This document shows, one piece after another, positions 1 through 11,894 of a stretch of DNA of 64,000 bases. The notes under the pieces were generated by a model. It saw only the letters and a list, made by a program, of their open reading frames with translations. It did no database searches and had not been told where the DNA came from. This DNA comes from Caldisericia bacterium (GTDB lineage: Bacteria; Caldisericota; Caldisericia; JAAYUI01). Within the stretch, counting starts at the first letter, position 1, and each line of letters begins with the position of its first letter. The stretch spans positions 1,728,001-1,792,000 of the forward strand of contig OY771555.1 in the NCBI GenBank assembly GCA_963674785.1. Reading direction: 5' to 3'. Made by a program: the position numbers and the translations under genes.

Positions 1-139
1 CAAGAGTTTTTCCAAATGGTTGCTCATGACCAGGCTCACCACGCTTGATAACTACTTCAGAGTGATCTGCATAGACAGATGTTGAGAACAAAAGCAGTGC
101 TAAAATGAATACAAAAAAGAATCGGGTGTTAGTTCGCAA
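1..139 (-). CDS. 5' part of a secreted protein (runs off the window), not in the ORF track
   Basis: TTG at 139 overlaps the atpC end; open frame MRTNTRFFFVFILALLLFSTSVYA-DHSEVV... has the shape of a signal peptide. Confidence 0.6.
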   Translation of the reverse strand, partial: MRTNTRFFFVFILALLLFSTSVYADHSEVVIKRGEPGHEQPFGKTL

Positions 140-389
140 TTTCAAACCCGGTTGTAAGAATGATCACCCTATTGTGGAATACCTCAATCCATCCGTCTTC
201 TATCTTGAAAACAACCTCACCTTTTGAGGTTTTGACCTTTATGTTTCCTTTTGACAATACGGCAACCATGTTTGAATGCTTTGGTAAGATTCCCCAATAG
301 CCATCCTCAAGAGGAACTATAAGTGATATTGCCTCATAGTCCTCCTGTTTGGCTTCTGGTGTAATTATTGTTACAGTTAATTCATTCAT
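129..389 (-). CDS. atpC: F1 ATP synthase epsilon subunit, short form (N-terminal beta domain only)
   Basis: ITPE...G..GILPKH...GWIEV motifs; follows atpD; 86 aa. Confidence 0.9.
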   Translation of the reverse strand: MNELTVTIITPEAKQEDYEAISLIVPLEDGYWGILPKHSNMVAVLSKGNIKVKTSKGEVVFKIEDGWIEVFHNRVIILTTGFEIAN

Positions 390-394
390 GAGAA

Positions 395-1855
<1,461 letters not shown>

Positions 1856-2725
1856 TTATGCGGTCTCCTTGAGTGCCTCAGCACTGGAGGTGATTTCTGT
1901 TAATTCTTTAGTAATTGAGGCTTGTCTTGTTCTTTGATATTTGATAGTAAGTTTTTCAGAGAGTTCATCGGCATTTTCCGTTGCTCGATGCATGCTCATT
2001 CTTCTCATGGCCTGCTCCGATGCACTCGCTTCAAGTAATACCTTATAGATAAAAAGGTCAATGTATGTGTTTGTTAAGGAATCTATAATCTTTGCTGGTT
2101 CAGGTTTAAATATAAAATCCTCAACAAGTCTTTTTTTGCCCTTGGTTATTCTCGCCAAAGGAAGCATTTGTCTTACAACAGATTCTTGCTTCAAAACCGA
2201 CTGGAACTCCATATAGGCAAAATTAACCGATTGAATCTCACCATTGATATACATCTCTTTTATCTTCGATCCAATAAGCTGTGCATTATCAAAGGTTACT
2301 TTATCGAGCATGCCCGGATGACTAAAAACAATCTTGTTTCCATTTTTATCAAATTCTTTTGAGGTCTTCTTTGAGATAGTTCCAAGTAATACCTCAACGT
2401 CTGACTGTTCTATGAATCTTCTTGTGATTGATGTAATATTTGAATTGAAAGATCCACAAAAACCTCTGTCTGAGGTCAACGGAATCAGAAGGGTTTTTTC
2501 AATGGGACTCGATTCAAAAAGAGGACCAGTGTTCACATCAGCATGGATGTGATTTGCAATTGAGATGAGCATCTCTTGAAGTTTTTCAACAAATGGAACT
2601 GATTGCTCAACCTGTTTTCTGAGGTGATATATTTTTACAACGGACAACATCTCCATTGACCTTGTAATATGGGCAACAGATTTTACAGATGAAATTCGTC
2701 TTTTAAGGTCGCGAAGAGTTGCCAC
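1856..2725 (-). CDS. atpG: F1 ATP synthase gamma subunit
   Basis: GTG start; SDRGFCGSFN, RQASITKELTEI. Confidence 0.97.
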   Translation of the reverse strand: MATLRDLKRRISSVKSVAHITRSMEMLSVVKIYHLRKQVEQSVPFVEKLQEMLISIANHIHADVNTGPLFESSPIEKTLLIPLTSDRGFCGSFNSNITSITRRFIEQSDVEVLLGTISKKTSKEFDKNGNKIVFSHPGMLDKVTFDNAQLIGSKIKEMYINGEIQSVNFAYMEFQSVLKQESVVRQMLPLARITKGKKRLVEDFIFKPEPAKIIDSLTNTYIDLFIYKVLLEASASEQAMRRMSMHRATENADELSEKLTIKYQRTRQASITKELTEITSSAEALKETA

Positions 2726-2728
2726 TTA

Positions 2729-4240
2729 TTATCCCTCAAATTCCCTATTTGCATCCTCAATGATAACAGAAACATAATCTTTTATGTCGTCAGTAAGTTT
2801 TGGTGAATGCGAAAGATCAGAAATGATGTTTGGATGGTTTGTTCTTGCAACATTTAAAAGTGTTTCTTCGTAATCTTTGACTTTGTGTTTTGGAACATCA
2901 TCAAAAGCTCCAAGTGAATATGCAAGAAGAACGAGAACCTGTTCTCCAACAGGGAAAGGAGAATACTGCTTCTGTTTTAGAAGCTCAACAAGCCTTTCGC
3001 CGCGAGAAAGTTTTCTCTGTGTTGTTGGATCAAGCTCAGCACCAAACTGAGCGAATGCCTTAAGATCGTTATACTGGGAGAGGTCAAGCTTGAGTGTACC
3101 ACCAACTTTTTTCATTGTTGGGATCTGTGCTGCACCACCAACCCTTGAAACAGACAAACCAACGTTTACGGCAGGTCTGATACCCTCATTGAAAAGCTCA
3201 TTTTCAAGGAAAATCTGACCATCAGTAATAGAAATCAAGTTGGTTGGAATATATTGTGAAATATCTCCGGCTTGTGTTTCGATAATTGGAAGAGCGGTGA
3301 TTGATCCACCACCCAGTTCACTCTTAAGCTTGGCTGCACGCTCAAGAAGCCTGGAATGGAGATAGAAAATGTCACCAGGATACGCTTCACGTCCGGGTGG
3401 TCTTCTAAGAAGAAGTGAGAGTTCTCTGTAAGCATCTGCATGTTTTGAGAGATCATCATAAACAATCAAAACATGTTTTCCCTGACGCATGTACTCTTCA
3501 GCGATTGCACACCCAACATAAGGGGCAATATACCTAACAGCTGGTGGATAATCGGCAAAAGTGGCAACAATGATAGAATAATCAAGAGCACCGTTATCCT
3601 GAAGGGATTTTACGATTCCTGCCATTGTTGAAGATTTCTGAGAGATACCAACATAGATACAGATAACATTCTGACCTTTTTGGTTGATGATGGTATCGGT
3701 TGCAATTGCTGTTTTACCAGTTTGCCTGTCACCAATGATCAACTCTCTCTGACCCCTTCCAATAGGTATCAAAGCATCGAGAACCTTCAAACCAGTTTGC
3801 AGAGCTTCATGAACCGGCTCACGGTCAACAACTGATGGAGCAGCGGTTTCAAGAGGAAGGTGTTTTGAAGGTGCCAAAGCCGTTTTTCCATCAATTGCTT
3901 TACCTGTGGGGTCGATAACCCTACCAAGCATCCCTTTTGAAAACGGAACAGATAAGACTCTTCCAGTTCTTGTGACTCGGTCACCTTCTTTTACGAACTT
4001 ATCGGATCCAAGAAGAACAACACCAATATACTTTGGTGTCATTGAGAGAACGAATCCTTCTATGCCACCTTCAAAATAAAGGATTTCACTGATAAAGGCA
4101 TCAGATAAGCCAGAAACCAAAGCGACACCATCACCACAATTCCGTACTGTACCAGAGTTCTCAATGACCGGTTTAAATGGCTTCTCAGAAAATGAGTCTG
4201 TCCATCCTTTAAGTATCGATTCAAGAGTATCGGACATCAT
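2729..4240 (-). CDS. atpA: F1 ATP synthase alpha subunit
   Basis: [30 protein letters not shown]. Confidence 0.98.
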   Translation of the reverse strand: MMSDTLESILKGWTDSFSEKPFKPVIENSGTVRNCGDGVALVSGLSDAFISEILYFEGGIEGFVLSMTPKYIGVVLLGSDKFVKEGDRVTRTGRVLSVPFSKGMLGRVIDPTGKAIDGKTALAPSKHLPLETAAPSVVDREPVHEALQTGLKVLDALIPIGRGQRELIIGDRQTGKTAIATDTIINQKGQNVICIYVGISQKSSTMAGIVKSLQDNGALDYSIIVATFADYPPAVRYIAPYVGCAIAEEYMRQGKHVLIVYDDLSKHADAYRELSLLLRRPPGREAYPGDIFYLHSRLLERAAKLKSELGGGSITALPIIETQAGDISQYIPTNLISITDGQIFLENELFNEGIRPAVNVGLSVSRVGGAAQIPTMKKVGGTLKLDLSQYNDLKAFAQFGAELDPTTQRKLSRGERLVELLKQKQYSPFPVGEQVLVLLAYSLGAFDDVPKHKVKDYEETLLNVARTNHPNIISDLSHSPKLTDDIKDYVSVIIEDANREFEG

Positions 4241-5116
4241 TTACCTCAAATTTTCAGAGATGGTATGACTAACCATTCGAGCTACCGATGAATCAAAGAT
4301 AGTATCATCAAGATACATCTTTATTCCGGAGATGAGGTTCTCGTTAACCTGGAAATTCATACTTGGTTTGCTTCCAGTAAAATCACTCACGAATGTTTCA
4401 ATCTTTTTCTTCTGAGGATCTGAAAGTGCGACAGCAGTTTCTACCATTACTTTTTTGATTTTTCCAGTGCTCTTGAGTGCATCGCAGAGTGTTATCTCAT
4501 GATCGGTTATATCGCAAGCGGTGAGCTCAGAAAGCGTTTCGATGATATGATCGGTATGATATTCAATCGTGTTGCCATCAAAGACATTTGAGATAACTTT
4601 TGATGAAAGAACCTCAACAACGTCCTTTGAGCGTTTTTTAAGTTCCATGACGGTCATCTCACGTTCGCCTTTTGCTTCCTCTTCTGCTGATCTTACGATA
4701 TCCTTTGCTTCATCTCTTGCTTTTCCAAGAATATCTTCTTTTATTGCATCAGCATTTTTGGCAGCTTCAGCTCTTATTGTTCTTGCCTCAGTGATTGCTT
4801 CATCATGTTCTTTTGTTGCCTCATCAAGTTTTAGATTTGCTTGATTCTGAACTTCTTTTGCCTCATCCAAAACCTTTGTGGCAGCAGCCTTTCTCTCGGC
4901 AAGCATGTTTACCACTGGCTTGTAGAGGAACTTTTTAAGAAGGATGACCAAAAGAATAAGGTTTAAAACAACAAATAGAAATGTCCTAAGGTCAACGCCG
5001 AGGAGAGATGGATTAGCCATTTCAGCAGCATGTTCTACAGCACCTTCGGATGCATATACCGTTGGAATCAGCCAATTAGAAAAAGAATCCAATATGGATG
5101 TTAACCATGTAAACAT
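4241..5116 (-). CDS. atpF: Fo subunit b fused to a delta/OSCP C-terminal domain
   Basis: TM helix then KFLYKPV and a coiled coil (b); C-terminal VETAVAL...NENLISGI...IFDSSV is delta-like; no separate atpH between this gene and atpA. Confidence 0.85.
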   Translation of the reverse strand: MFTWLTSILDSFSNWLIPTVYASEGAVEHAAEMANPSLLGVDLRTFLFVVLNLILLVILLKKFLYKPVVNMLAERKAAATKVLDEAKEVQNQANLKLDEATKEHDEAITEARTIRAEAAKNADAIKEDILGKARDEAKDIVRSAEEEAKGEREMTVMELKKRSKDVVEVLSSKVISNVFDGNTIEYHTDHIIETLSELTACDITDHEITLCDALKSTGKIKKVMVETAVALSDPQKKKIETFVSDFTGSKPSMNFQVNENLISGIKMYLDDTIFDSSVARMVSHTISENLR

Positions 5117-5125
5117 GGAGTCACC

Positions 5126-5422
5126 TTATATGACGAAAATCAAAACAAGAGCAACGGCAAGAGCATAAATTACAAGTGATTCGATAAGTGCGAGTGAAAG
5201 AATAAGGGATGTGAAGATGTCTTGTTGTGCCTCTGGCTGTCTTGCGATAGCATCAACTGCTGATGCTGCAGCTCTTCCCTGACCAAGTGCACCACCAAAT
5301 GCGGCAATTGCAATTGCGAGTGCTGCTGCGATTTTTGTGCCCCAATATGCAGCAGGTGCGGCAAACTTAAGCATCTCTGCTGTGTTACCATTGAAAACTT
5401 CTTTAAGAACGTTTAAATCCAT
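5126..5422 (-). CDS. atpE: Fo subunit c
   Basis: GALGQG, ARQPEA loop, IESLVIY ion-binding Glu. Confidence 0.97.
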   Translation of the reverse strand: MDLNVLKEVFNGNTAEMLKFAAPAAYWGTKIAAALAIAIAAFGGALGQGRAAASAVDAIARQPEAQQDIFTSLILSLALIESLVIYALAVALVLIFVI

Positions 5423-5425
5423 TTT

Positions 5426-6304
5426 TTAGTGCTCTCCTTTTTCATGTGGCAAACCCAAATTAAGGTAAACCAGGAATAACATTGTAAATACGAGTGCCTG
5501 GATGAATCCTGTGAATATTCCCAAACCAAGGATCACAACAGGAACACCAAAAGCAACAAGTCCGGTTATAACTTCTAAAACGATATGCTCACCAGTCAAA
5601 TTTCCAAACAAACGGACGGCGAGTGAAAGAGGTCTGCTGATTTGCTCGAGAACATTGATCGGTAACATAAAAGAGAATGGGTGCATAAAGGTTTCTTTAA
5701 AGTAATGACCAAATCCCAAACCTTTTATTGACTGAGCATGAACGTATACGATTGCAAATAGTGCAAGGGCAAGTGTTACTGAGAGGTCTGTTGTCGGTGC
5801 AATAAGAATTGAAAACATCTTACTTTTTGCAATAAATGGAGCTGTCAATCCAGAAAGCAAACCGAGGAAGTTGGAGATAAGGATATATCCAATAAGTGTT
5901 GTTGTAACAACAACATACTTTTCGCCTCTTTTTCCAACGATGTTTTTTGTAAAACTCTGCATCATTGTGACGATTATCTCAGCAAGAACAGCCCTTGTTG
6001 AACCTCTTTTTTTAACACCAATCCCGATAAAGATGATCAGAAATGCGAAAACAATGGTTGCAATTCCAACAGCAAAGAATGTGTTTGGTAGATTTAACCC
6101 TCCTGCAATATTGTTTAGAAAAGAAACAGGAGTTGTCTGAGGACCAACAGCTATATGAAGACCAGTCTCTGGTTGAAGGGGTTGTCCAGAAAAACTTTCA
6201 TAGATAGCTGGGGTGAAAAAAACCAAGACATAGGCAGCAATGAAAAGCATCACCACCCAAAACGATTTTCTCTTAAATAATGGTACTTTTTTCTTATCAG
6301 GCAT
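5426..6304 (-). CDS. atpB: Fo subunit a
   Basis: RPLSLAVRLFGN and IQALVF motifs; start moved to ATG 6304 (MPDKK), which has a GGAGG RBS. Confidence 0.93.
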   Translation of the reverse strand: MPDKKKVPLFKRKSFWVVMLFIAAYVLVFFTPAIYESFSGQPLQPETGLHIAVGPQTTPVSFLNNIAGGLNLPNTFFAVGIATIVFAFLIIFIGIGVKKRGSTRAVLAEIIVTMMQSFTKNIVGKRGEKYVVVTTTLIGYILISNFLGLLSGLTAPFIAKSKMFSILIAPTTDLSVTLALALFAIVYVHAQSIKGLGFGHYFKETFMHPFSFMLPINVLEQISRPLSLAVRLFGNLTGEHIVLEVITGLVAFGVPVVILGLGIFTGFIQALVFTMLFLVYLNLGLPHEKGEH

Positions 6305-6584
6305 CTTTTCCTCCAGAGGATAATTTAATCCTGAACCATATCCACCATAATGCAAAACCAAGAGCAAAACCACCAAAGGTGGCAAGCAGCGCATAAATAT
6401 TGATGAATGCAGGCAAGAATAAAGCAGCTGATGCAATTAATCGAAGAGGATTTCCAAAAGGTTTTAAACCTTTGTCAATTTTTTTCTTTGACGAGATATA
6501 AACCCAGTGAAATTGAACAAAACCTGCACCTGTTCCCCAGATAATTCCACCAATTATCGATAATGTGATTTGTAAAGTTGTCAT
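6297..6584 (-). CDS. AtpI/AtpR-like small membrane protein
   Basis: Hydrophobic 95 aa, overlaps the atpB start. Confidence 0.65.
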   Translation of the reverse strand: MTTLQITLSIIGGIIWGTGAGFVQFHWVYISSKKKIDKGLKPFGNPLRLIASAALFLPAFINIYALLATFGGFALGFALWWIWFRIKLSSGGKDA

Positions 6585-6790
6585 GGCTTAAACTTTAACG
6601 CTCCTTTAACTGAAGCTGCGAGACCGAGAAGAGAAAGAAGGATCGTGAAAAGTGGTATTGTATGAAGCCACTTATCAAGAAAAAAGCCTCCTGCACCAGC
6701 AATTGCAAGAGGCATAATAATGACCAAAAGTGCGGATACACCTGTCATTCTAGCTTTTATAAACTCTCTTCCGATTTCAGACCATTTCAT
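6581..6790 (-). CDS. AtpZ/AtpQ (ATPase gene 1) family protein
   Basis: GFFLDKWLHTIPLFTI...LG family signature; first gene of the atp block. Confidence 0.8.
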   Translation of the reverse strand: MKWSEIGREFIKARMTGVSALLVIIMPLAIAGAGGFFLDKWLHTIPLFTILLSLLGLAASVKGALKFKP

Positions 6791-6798
6791 GTTTTTTC

Positions 6799-8241
6799 TT
6801 AACCAACAAAAATTTGGCTTGCTTTTTCAATAAGCATTACAAGTCCTGGAATCATAATCATTGTTGCGGTTCCAAGTGCGCATATTCCAGATGAAAGTGA
6901 AGCAAACGCATTCCCAAAATCTTTTTGGACGATTTCTTCATCGGGTTCATCAAGATACATTGCCCTTACAATGCCAAAGTAGTAGAACGCTGAAATAGCA
7001 GAGTTGACAACGGCAACAACCACTAGCCAGATGAGTTTTGCAGAAATTGCAGCCTTAAATACAAACAATTTCCCAAAGAAACCTGCTGCCCATGGAATAC
7101 CAAGAAGCGAAACAAGTGTTATAACCATCGTAATTGCAAGAGCTGGGTTCGTTTTTCCAAGTCCTGCAAAATGTTTTAATGATGAACCACCCCGTCTACC
7201 CTCAACAACTTTGATGATAGAGAATCCTGCAATATTCATCAATGCGTATGCTGTCACATACATGAGTATTCCAGCAGCACCTTGAGCAGCTAAATCTGTT
7301 CCAGGGTTGAAGGCGATTACAACAACACCCATCAAGATATACCCAACTTGAGCAATAGAACTATACGCAAATATCCTTTTTACATTGGTCTGCCATATTG
7401 CCGTGATATTTCCAAACGTCATCGATAATACAGAAATGATTAACACAACCCATCCAAAATTGGTTGCTAGGCTTGCAGGTAAAGCTGTTCCAACAAATCT
7501 CGCCATCACAATGAGTACACCGATTTTCGGTGCAACAGATATGAATGCGGTTGAAATTGGTGGAGCACCCTCGTATACATCCGGTGCCCAGAAATGGAAT
7601 GGGAAGGCAGCAACTTTGAAGAAAAGACCTGCAAATATGAATGTCAATCCCATATATTCAATTGGAAGACCTGAAAGCGAGAGGAAGAGCTGTGAGAAGA
7701 GCATTGTTTTTGTTGTTGTGAAGACAAGTGAGATTCCGTAAATGGTGATTGCTGAAGCAAAAGCACCAAGCAGGAAGTATTTTACAACAGCCTCTTTTGA
7801 GATCGAATCCCCCGTTTTCATTCCAGTAAGCATATAAAGCGGGATTGAGGTAATCTCAATTGCAAGATATACGATCATCAAACTTGTCGCTTGACACATC
7901 AACATAAGTCCAGAGATTGAGATAAGAATAAGGAACAAAAACTGTCCCTGTCTTTTTGAATCAGGAACAAACATATCGAAAGAAGAGAGGAAAATAGGCA
8001 ACGTTATCAGCAAAAGCAATCCTCTTGAATAAGTAGCAAACGAATCGGCAGTAAACAGAATGCTTGTGACCCCACCTGCCTGACCAACCAAAGCAATGAA
8101 TGAAGCGATCAAGATCAACATCGCCAGGATTCCATTTACAAACTTTTTCCCAGAGTATGGAATCAATGAAACAAGCAGAAGTATGCAAGCTCCAATGACT
8201 ACTATTGTTTCAGGGAGAAACGCGGAAAATTCCACAATCAC
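6799..8241 (-). CDS. nuoN: Complex I-like subunit N
   Basis: EAVVKYF, FKVAAFPFHFWAPDVYEGAP, AYSSIAQ. Confidence 0.95.
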   Translation of the reverse strand: MIVEFSAFLPETIVVIGACILLLVSLIPYSGKKFVNGILAMLILIASFIALVGQAGGVTSILFTADSFATYSRGLLLLITLPIFLSSFDMFVPDSKRQGQFLFLILISISGLMLMCQATSLMIVYLAIEITSIPLYMLTGMKTGDSISKEAVVKYFLLGAFASAITIYGISLVFTTTKTMLFSQLFLSLSGLPIEYMGLTFIFAGLFFKVAAFPFHFWAPDVYEGAPPISTAFISVAPKIGVLIVMARFVGTALPASLATNFGWVVLIISVLSMTFGNITAIWQTNVKRIFAYSSIAQVGYILMGVVVIAFNPGTDLAAQGAAGILMYVTAYALMNIAGFSIIKVVEGRRGGSSLKHFAGLGKTNPALAITMVITLVSLLGIPWAAGFFGKLFVFKAAISAKLIWLVVVAVVNSAISAFYYFGIVRAMYLDEPDEEIVQKDFGNAFASLSSGICALGTATMIMIPGLVMLIEKASQIFVG

Positions 8242-8247
8242 ACCCCC

Positions 8248-9753
8248 TTAGAGTATGCCTACAATTGAATTTGCAATCATAGAAAGGATTGGAGCTGGAT
8301 AGAGTCCAATAAAGAACACAAATGCAAATGGAGGAAGTGCTGCTATGAATTCAAGGAATGTTGCATCTTTAACTGTTTCAAATTTTTCCTGTGCTTTACC
8401 AAACATGACTCTCTGCATCATCCAAAGCATTACGCCGGCATTAACAACAAGACCAGCGATAGATGCCCATGCCCACCAGGAAACTGCACTAAACGCAGCC
8501 TGAAGTGAGAGGAATTCACCAACAAATCCTGAAAGAGCTGGAAGTCCAATTGAGGCAAATGATGCGATGATAAGCATGATTGCAATTACTGGAATCTTTC
8601 CTCCCATACCTGGAAGCTCAGAGATTTCTCTTGTATGAGTTCTTTCGTAGATATATCCAACCAAAAGGAAGAGTAGTCCAGTTGTGACACCGTGACTAAA
8701 CATTACAACGATTGCACCCTGAAGTGCAATTGCAGAACCTGTAATCATGTATGCACCGATTGCAAGAAGGACAAATCCCATATGGTTAACAGATGTGTAA
8801 GCAACAAGTTTTTTGAGGTCTTTTTGGACAAGCGCACAAAGAGCTCCATAAACAATTCCTATTACACCGAGCACACCAATAACAGGCCCCCAGAAGGCAA
8901 AAACACCATCCATGTTCTTGAAGATTCCAACACCAAGTCTGATGATTCCATAACCACCCATCTTAAGAAGAACACCGGCAAGCATGATTGAGATTGGCGC
9001 TGGAGCTTGAACGTGAGCATCTGGTAACCAGGTATGGAACGGGAATGATGGAACTTTTACAAGGAATCCAAATAACATTGCACCAAAGACCGGAAGAGCA
9101 AGAGTTCCAAGGCTAACTATTAGATTCGCATTGTTTGTGAGTTCAACAATTGAGAATGTCCCAGTTTTGAAATATATTGCCAGGATTCCAATAAGCATTA
9201 TCAGTGATGCAATAAGTGTATAGATGAAGAATTTGATTGATGCGTATTGTCTCTGTTTTCCTCCCCAAATTGCTATGAGGAAATACATTGGAACCAATAC
9301 TACTTCCCAGAACACATAGAACAAAACAAGGTCAAGAGCAAGGAAAACACCAATAAGTCCGGTTTCAAGAAGAAGGAATAATGAGAAGTATTCTTTTACA
9401 CGGTCTTTGATGTAGAATGATGCGAAACATGCAGTGACTGAAAGGAGAGTTGTGAGGAAGAGCATAAGCATCGACATTCCATCAATTCCGAGGTGGTAAT
9501 TCATTCCGATTGAAGGTACCCATTCAATTATGTGTTCTAATTGAAATGCCATTAATGGAGCTTCTACAGTACCAATTTTAAACAGCGACCAGATATAGAT
9601 TGATAATCCAAGGGTAAGTAGTGTTATGACAACAGAAAACCACCTGATCAGCTTGTGGTTGTCTTTTGGAAGCAAAAGAACAAGCAATGAACCCAATAGA
9701 GGCAGGAAAGTAACCGCCGATAATAGTATTCCAGAATTGAAATTCATATTCAA
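8248..9753 (-). CDS. nuoM: Complex I-like subunit M
   Basis: FYVFWEVVLVPMY, FPFHTWLPDAHVQAP, LLKMGGYG. Confidence 0.95.
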   Translation of the reverse strand: MNMNFNSGILLSAVTFLPLLGSLLVLLLPKDNHKLIRWFSVVITLLTLGLSIYIWSLFKIGTVEAPLMAFQLEHIIEWVPSIGMNYHLGIDGMSMLMLFLTTLLSVTACFASFYIKDRVKEYFSLFLLLETGLIGVFLALDLVLFYVFWEVVLVPMYFLIAIWGGKQRQYASIKFFIYTLIASLIMLIGILAIYFKTGTFSIVELTNNANLIVSLGTLALPVFGAMLFGFLVKVPSFPFHTWLPDAHVQAPAPISIMLAGVLLKMGGYGIIRLGVGIFKNMDGVFAFWGPVIGVLGVIGIVYGALCALVQKDLKKLVAYTSVNHMGFVLLAIGAYMITGSAIALQGAIVVMFSHGVTTGLLFLLVGYIYERTHTREISELPGMGGKIPVIAIMLIIASFASIGLPALSGFVGEFLSLQAAFSAVSWWAWASIAGLVVNAGVMLWMMQRVMFGKAQEKFETVKDATFLEFIAALPPFAFVFFIGLYPAPILSMIANSIVGIL

Positions 9754-9759
9754 ATCCTC

Positions 9760-11886
9760 CTAATTAATTGCAAGGATAATTGCAAAAACAAGTAGTATAA
9801 CAACAAGTGAACCAAACATCACTGCTGCATAATTTGGCAGATACCCAGTTTGAATTTTTCGAGTCTTTTTTCCAGCAAACCCAAAAATCCAGGCAGAACC
9901 ATTTACAAACCCATCAACAACTTTTTCATCAAACCATTTGGCAATTTTGCTGAGTTTGACGCCAAGCCAGCCAACACCATTAACCATTCCATCAACGATG
10001 TGAGAATCAAACCAGTTAACAAGTTTGGCAAACTGAAGTGTTAACCATGCTGCACCGTTTACCATTCCATCAATTACGACAGCATCAAATCTGCTACAGA
10101 ATCCTGCGAACCATAGGAATGGTTTGACAGCAATGAGTGTCCATAGCTCATCCATGAACCAAGCTCTCTTGAAGAATATATAGAGCGGTTTGAGAGCTCT
10201 CATGAGTTTTACTTTTAGCTGAGGTTTCCAAACATAAACAAGTAAACCAACAAGGATTCCAGCAAAAACAAGTCCAATTGAACCAAAGAGAAGTGGTTTG
10301 TTCATTATTCCCCAGGTTTCATAGTGCTCTAGAATATGATGACTCATCTCATGGGTCATATAGCCTTTGCCAAGGAATTTTTGGAACCAGTTTGATGATA
10401 GACCCCAGAATGGAACACCGATGAAACCAATAAGTGCTGCCAAAGATCCAAGCACAATAAGAGGAACCCTCGATCTCCATGATCCTTCATGAGCATGGTT
10501 TTCTTTTCTTGGTTTTCCAAAAAATGTGAGCCAAACACATCTTGTCATGTAATATGGGGTTAGGAAGGCACCAATCAATGCTAGTATTAGAGCAATCCAA
10601 GCCGCTTGATGATGATGTGCTGAATGGAAAACTGCACCTATTATTGCATCTTTGCTCCAGAATCCAGCAAAAAGTGGGAACCCCGCAAGTGCAAGTGAAC
10701 CAATCACAAACGTCCAACCCGTAACGGGCATCTTTTTGATGAGTCCACCCATCTCATGCATATTTTTTGTATGTGTTGCGTGAATTACTGAACCTGAACC
10801 AAGGAACAATAACCCCTTAAAGAATGCGTGTGTCATAAGATGGAAGAGTGCTGCGACAAATCCAATAAGTGCGAATTGTGGTTCACCATGGTGGATTCCA
10901 CCAAAAACTGCACCAAGTCCCATAACCATATATCCAAGCTGGCTTATGGTTGAAAATGCGAGAACTTTTTTTATCTCCGCTTGCACGGTGGCAATTGTCG
11001 CCCCCATGAAAGCGGTTATCGCTCCTATCATCATAACAATGGTTAGAGCTGTTCCAGTCGTGTCCAGCATGAAAATTGGCATTGTTCTTGCTACAAGGTA
11101 GATACCTGCGGCAACCATTGTCGCTGCGTGAATGAGTGCAGAAACCGGAGTTGGGCCTTCCATCGCATTTGGGAGCCAAACATGGAGTGGGAATTGTGCT
11201 GATTTACCCATTGCACCGGCAAAGATAAGAAGAGGGATAACAATCAGCATAGTTTGGCTATATCCGGCAAGTTTTCCTGGTAAGTCGATAAAATTCAGGT
11301 TCCCTGTTACCGCAAAGATTGCAAATATTCCGAGGAATAAAAATACATCCCCGACTTTTGTTACAAAGAAAGCTTTTTTTGCTGCCTGGTAGACAGAACG
11401 TTCTGCAAACCAGAAACCAATGAGCAGATATGAACAAAGTCCAACAAGCTCCCAGAATGCAAACATCTGGAGAAGGTTTGAGGCAGTAACAACACCAAGC
11501 ATGGCAACAGTAAAGAGCTGAAGTTCTGCGTAGTATCTTGCAATTCCAGGATCACCCTTCATGTAGTCAATTGAGAAGAGGTGGACAAGGAACGAAACAA
11601 GGGATACCACGATCAGCATAATTACTGAAAGAGAATCAATATGGAACCCGAAATCAAGTGAATATTTTCCACTTTCAAGCCACTTGAAAGTTACAGGATC
11701 AAAAGAGCTTCCATGATTGGCAACAAGAATGAAAAGTACAATAGAAAGAATCAGTGAGATTCCAACTGTTATTGTACCGAGATATTTTGCCCATCCTTTT
11801 GCAATCTTTCCACATAATCCGATTGTTATAAATCCGATAAGTGGAATTCCAAGTATTAAAATTGGTAATAATGTGTGTAATGCCAT
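9760..11886 (-). CDS. nuoL: Complex I-like subunit L
   Basis: GKSAQFPLHVWLPNAMEGPTPVSALIHAATMV, THAFFKGLLFL. Confidence 0.96.
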   Translation of the reverse strand: MALHTLLPILILGIPLIGFITIGLCGKIAKGWAKYLGTITVGISLILSIVLFILVANHGSSFDPVTFKWLESGKYSLDFGFHIDSLSVIMLIVVSLVSFLVHLFSIDYMKGDPGIARYYAELQLFTVAMLGVVTASNLLQMFAFWELVGLCSYLLIGFWFAERSVYQAAKKAFFVTKVGDVFLFLGIFAIFAVTGNLNFIDLPGKLAGYSQTMLIVIPLLIFAGAMGKSAQFPLHVWLPNAMEGPTPVSALIHAATMVAAGIYLVARTMPIFMLDTTGTALTIVMMIGAITAFMGATIATVQAEIKKVLAFSTISQLGYMVMGLGAVFGGIHHGEPQFALIGFVAALFHLMTHAFFKGLLFLGSGSVIHATHTKNMHEMGGLIKKMPVTGWTFVIGSLALAGFPLFAGFWSKDAIIGAVFHSAHHHQAAWIALILALIGAFLTPYYMTRCVWLTFFGKPRKENHAHEGSWRSRVPLIVLGSLAALIGFIGVPFWGLSSNWFQKFLGKGYMTHEMSHHILEHYETWGIMNKPLLFGSIGLVFAGILVGLLVYVWKPQLKVKLMRALKPLYIFFKRAWFMDELWTLIAVKPFLWFAGFCSRFDAVVIDGMVNGAAWLTLQFAKLVNWFDSHIVDGMVNGVGWLGVKLSKIAKWFDEKVVDGFVNGSAWIFGFAGKKTRKIQTGYLPNYAAVMFGSLVVILLVFAIILAIN

Positions 11887-11894
11887 TTATCCAC

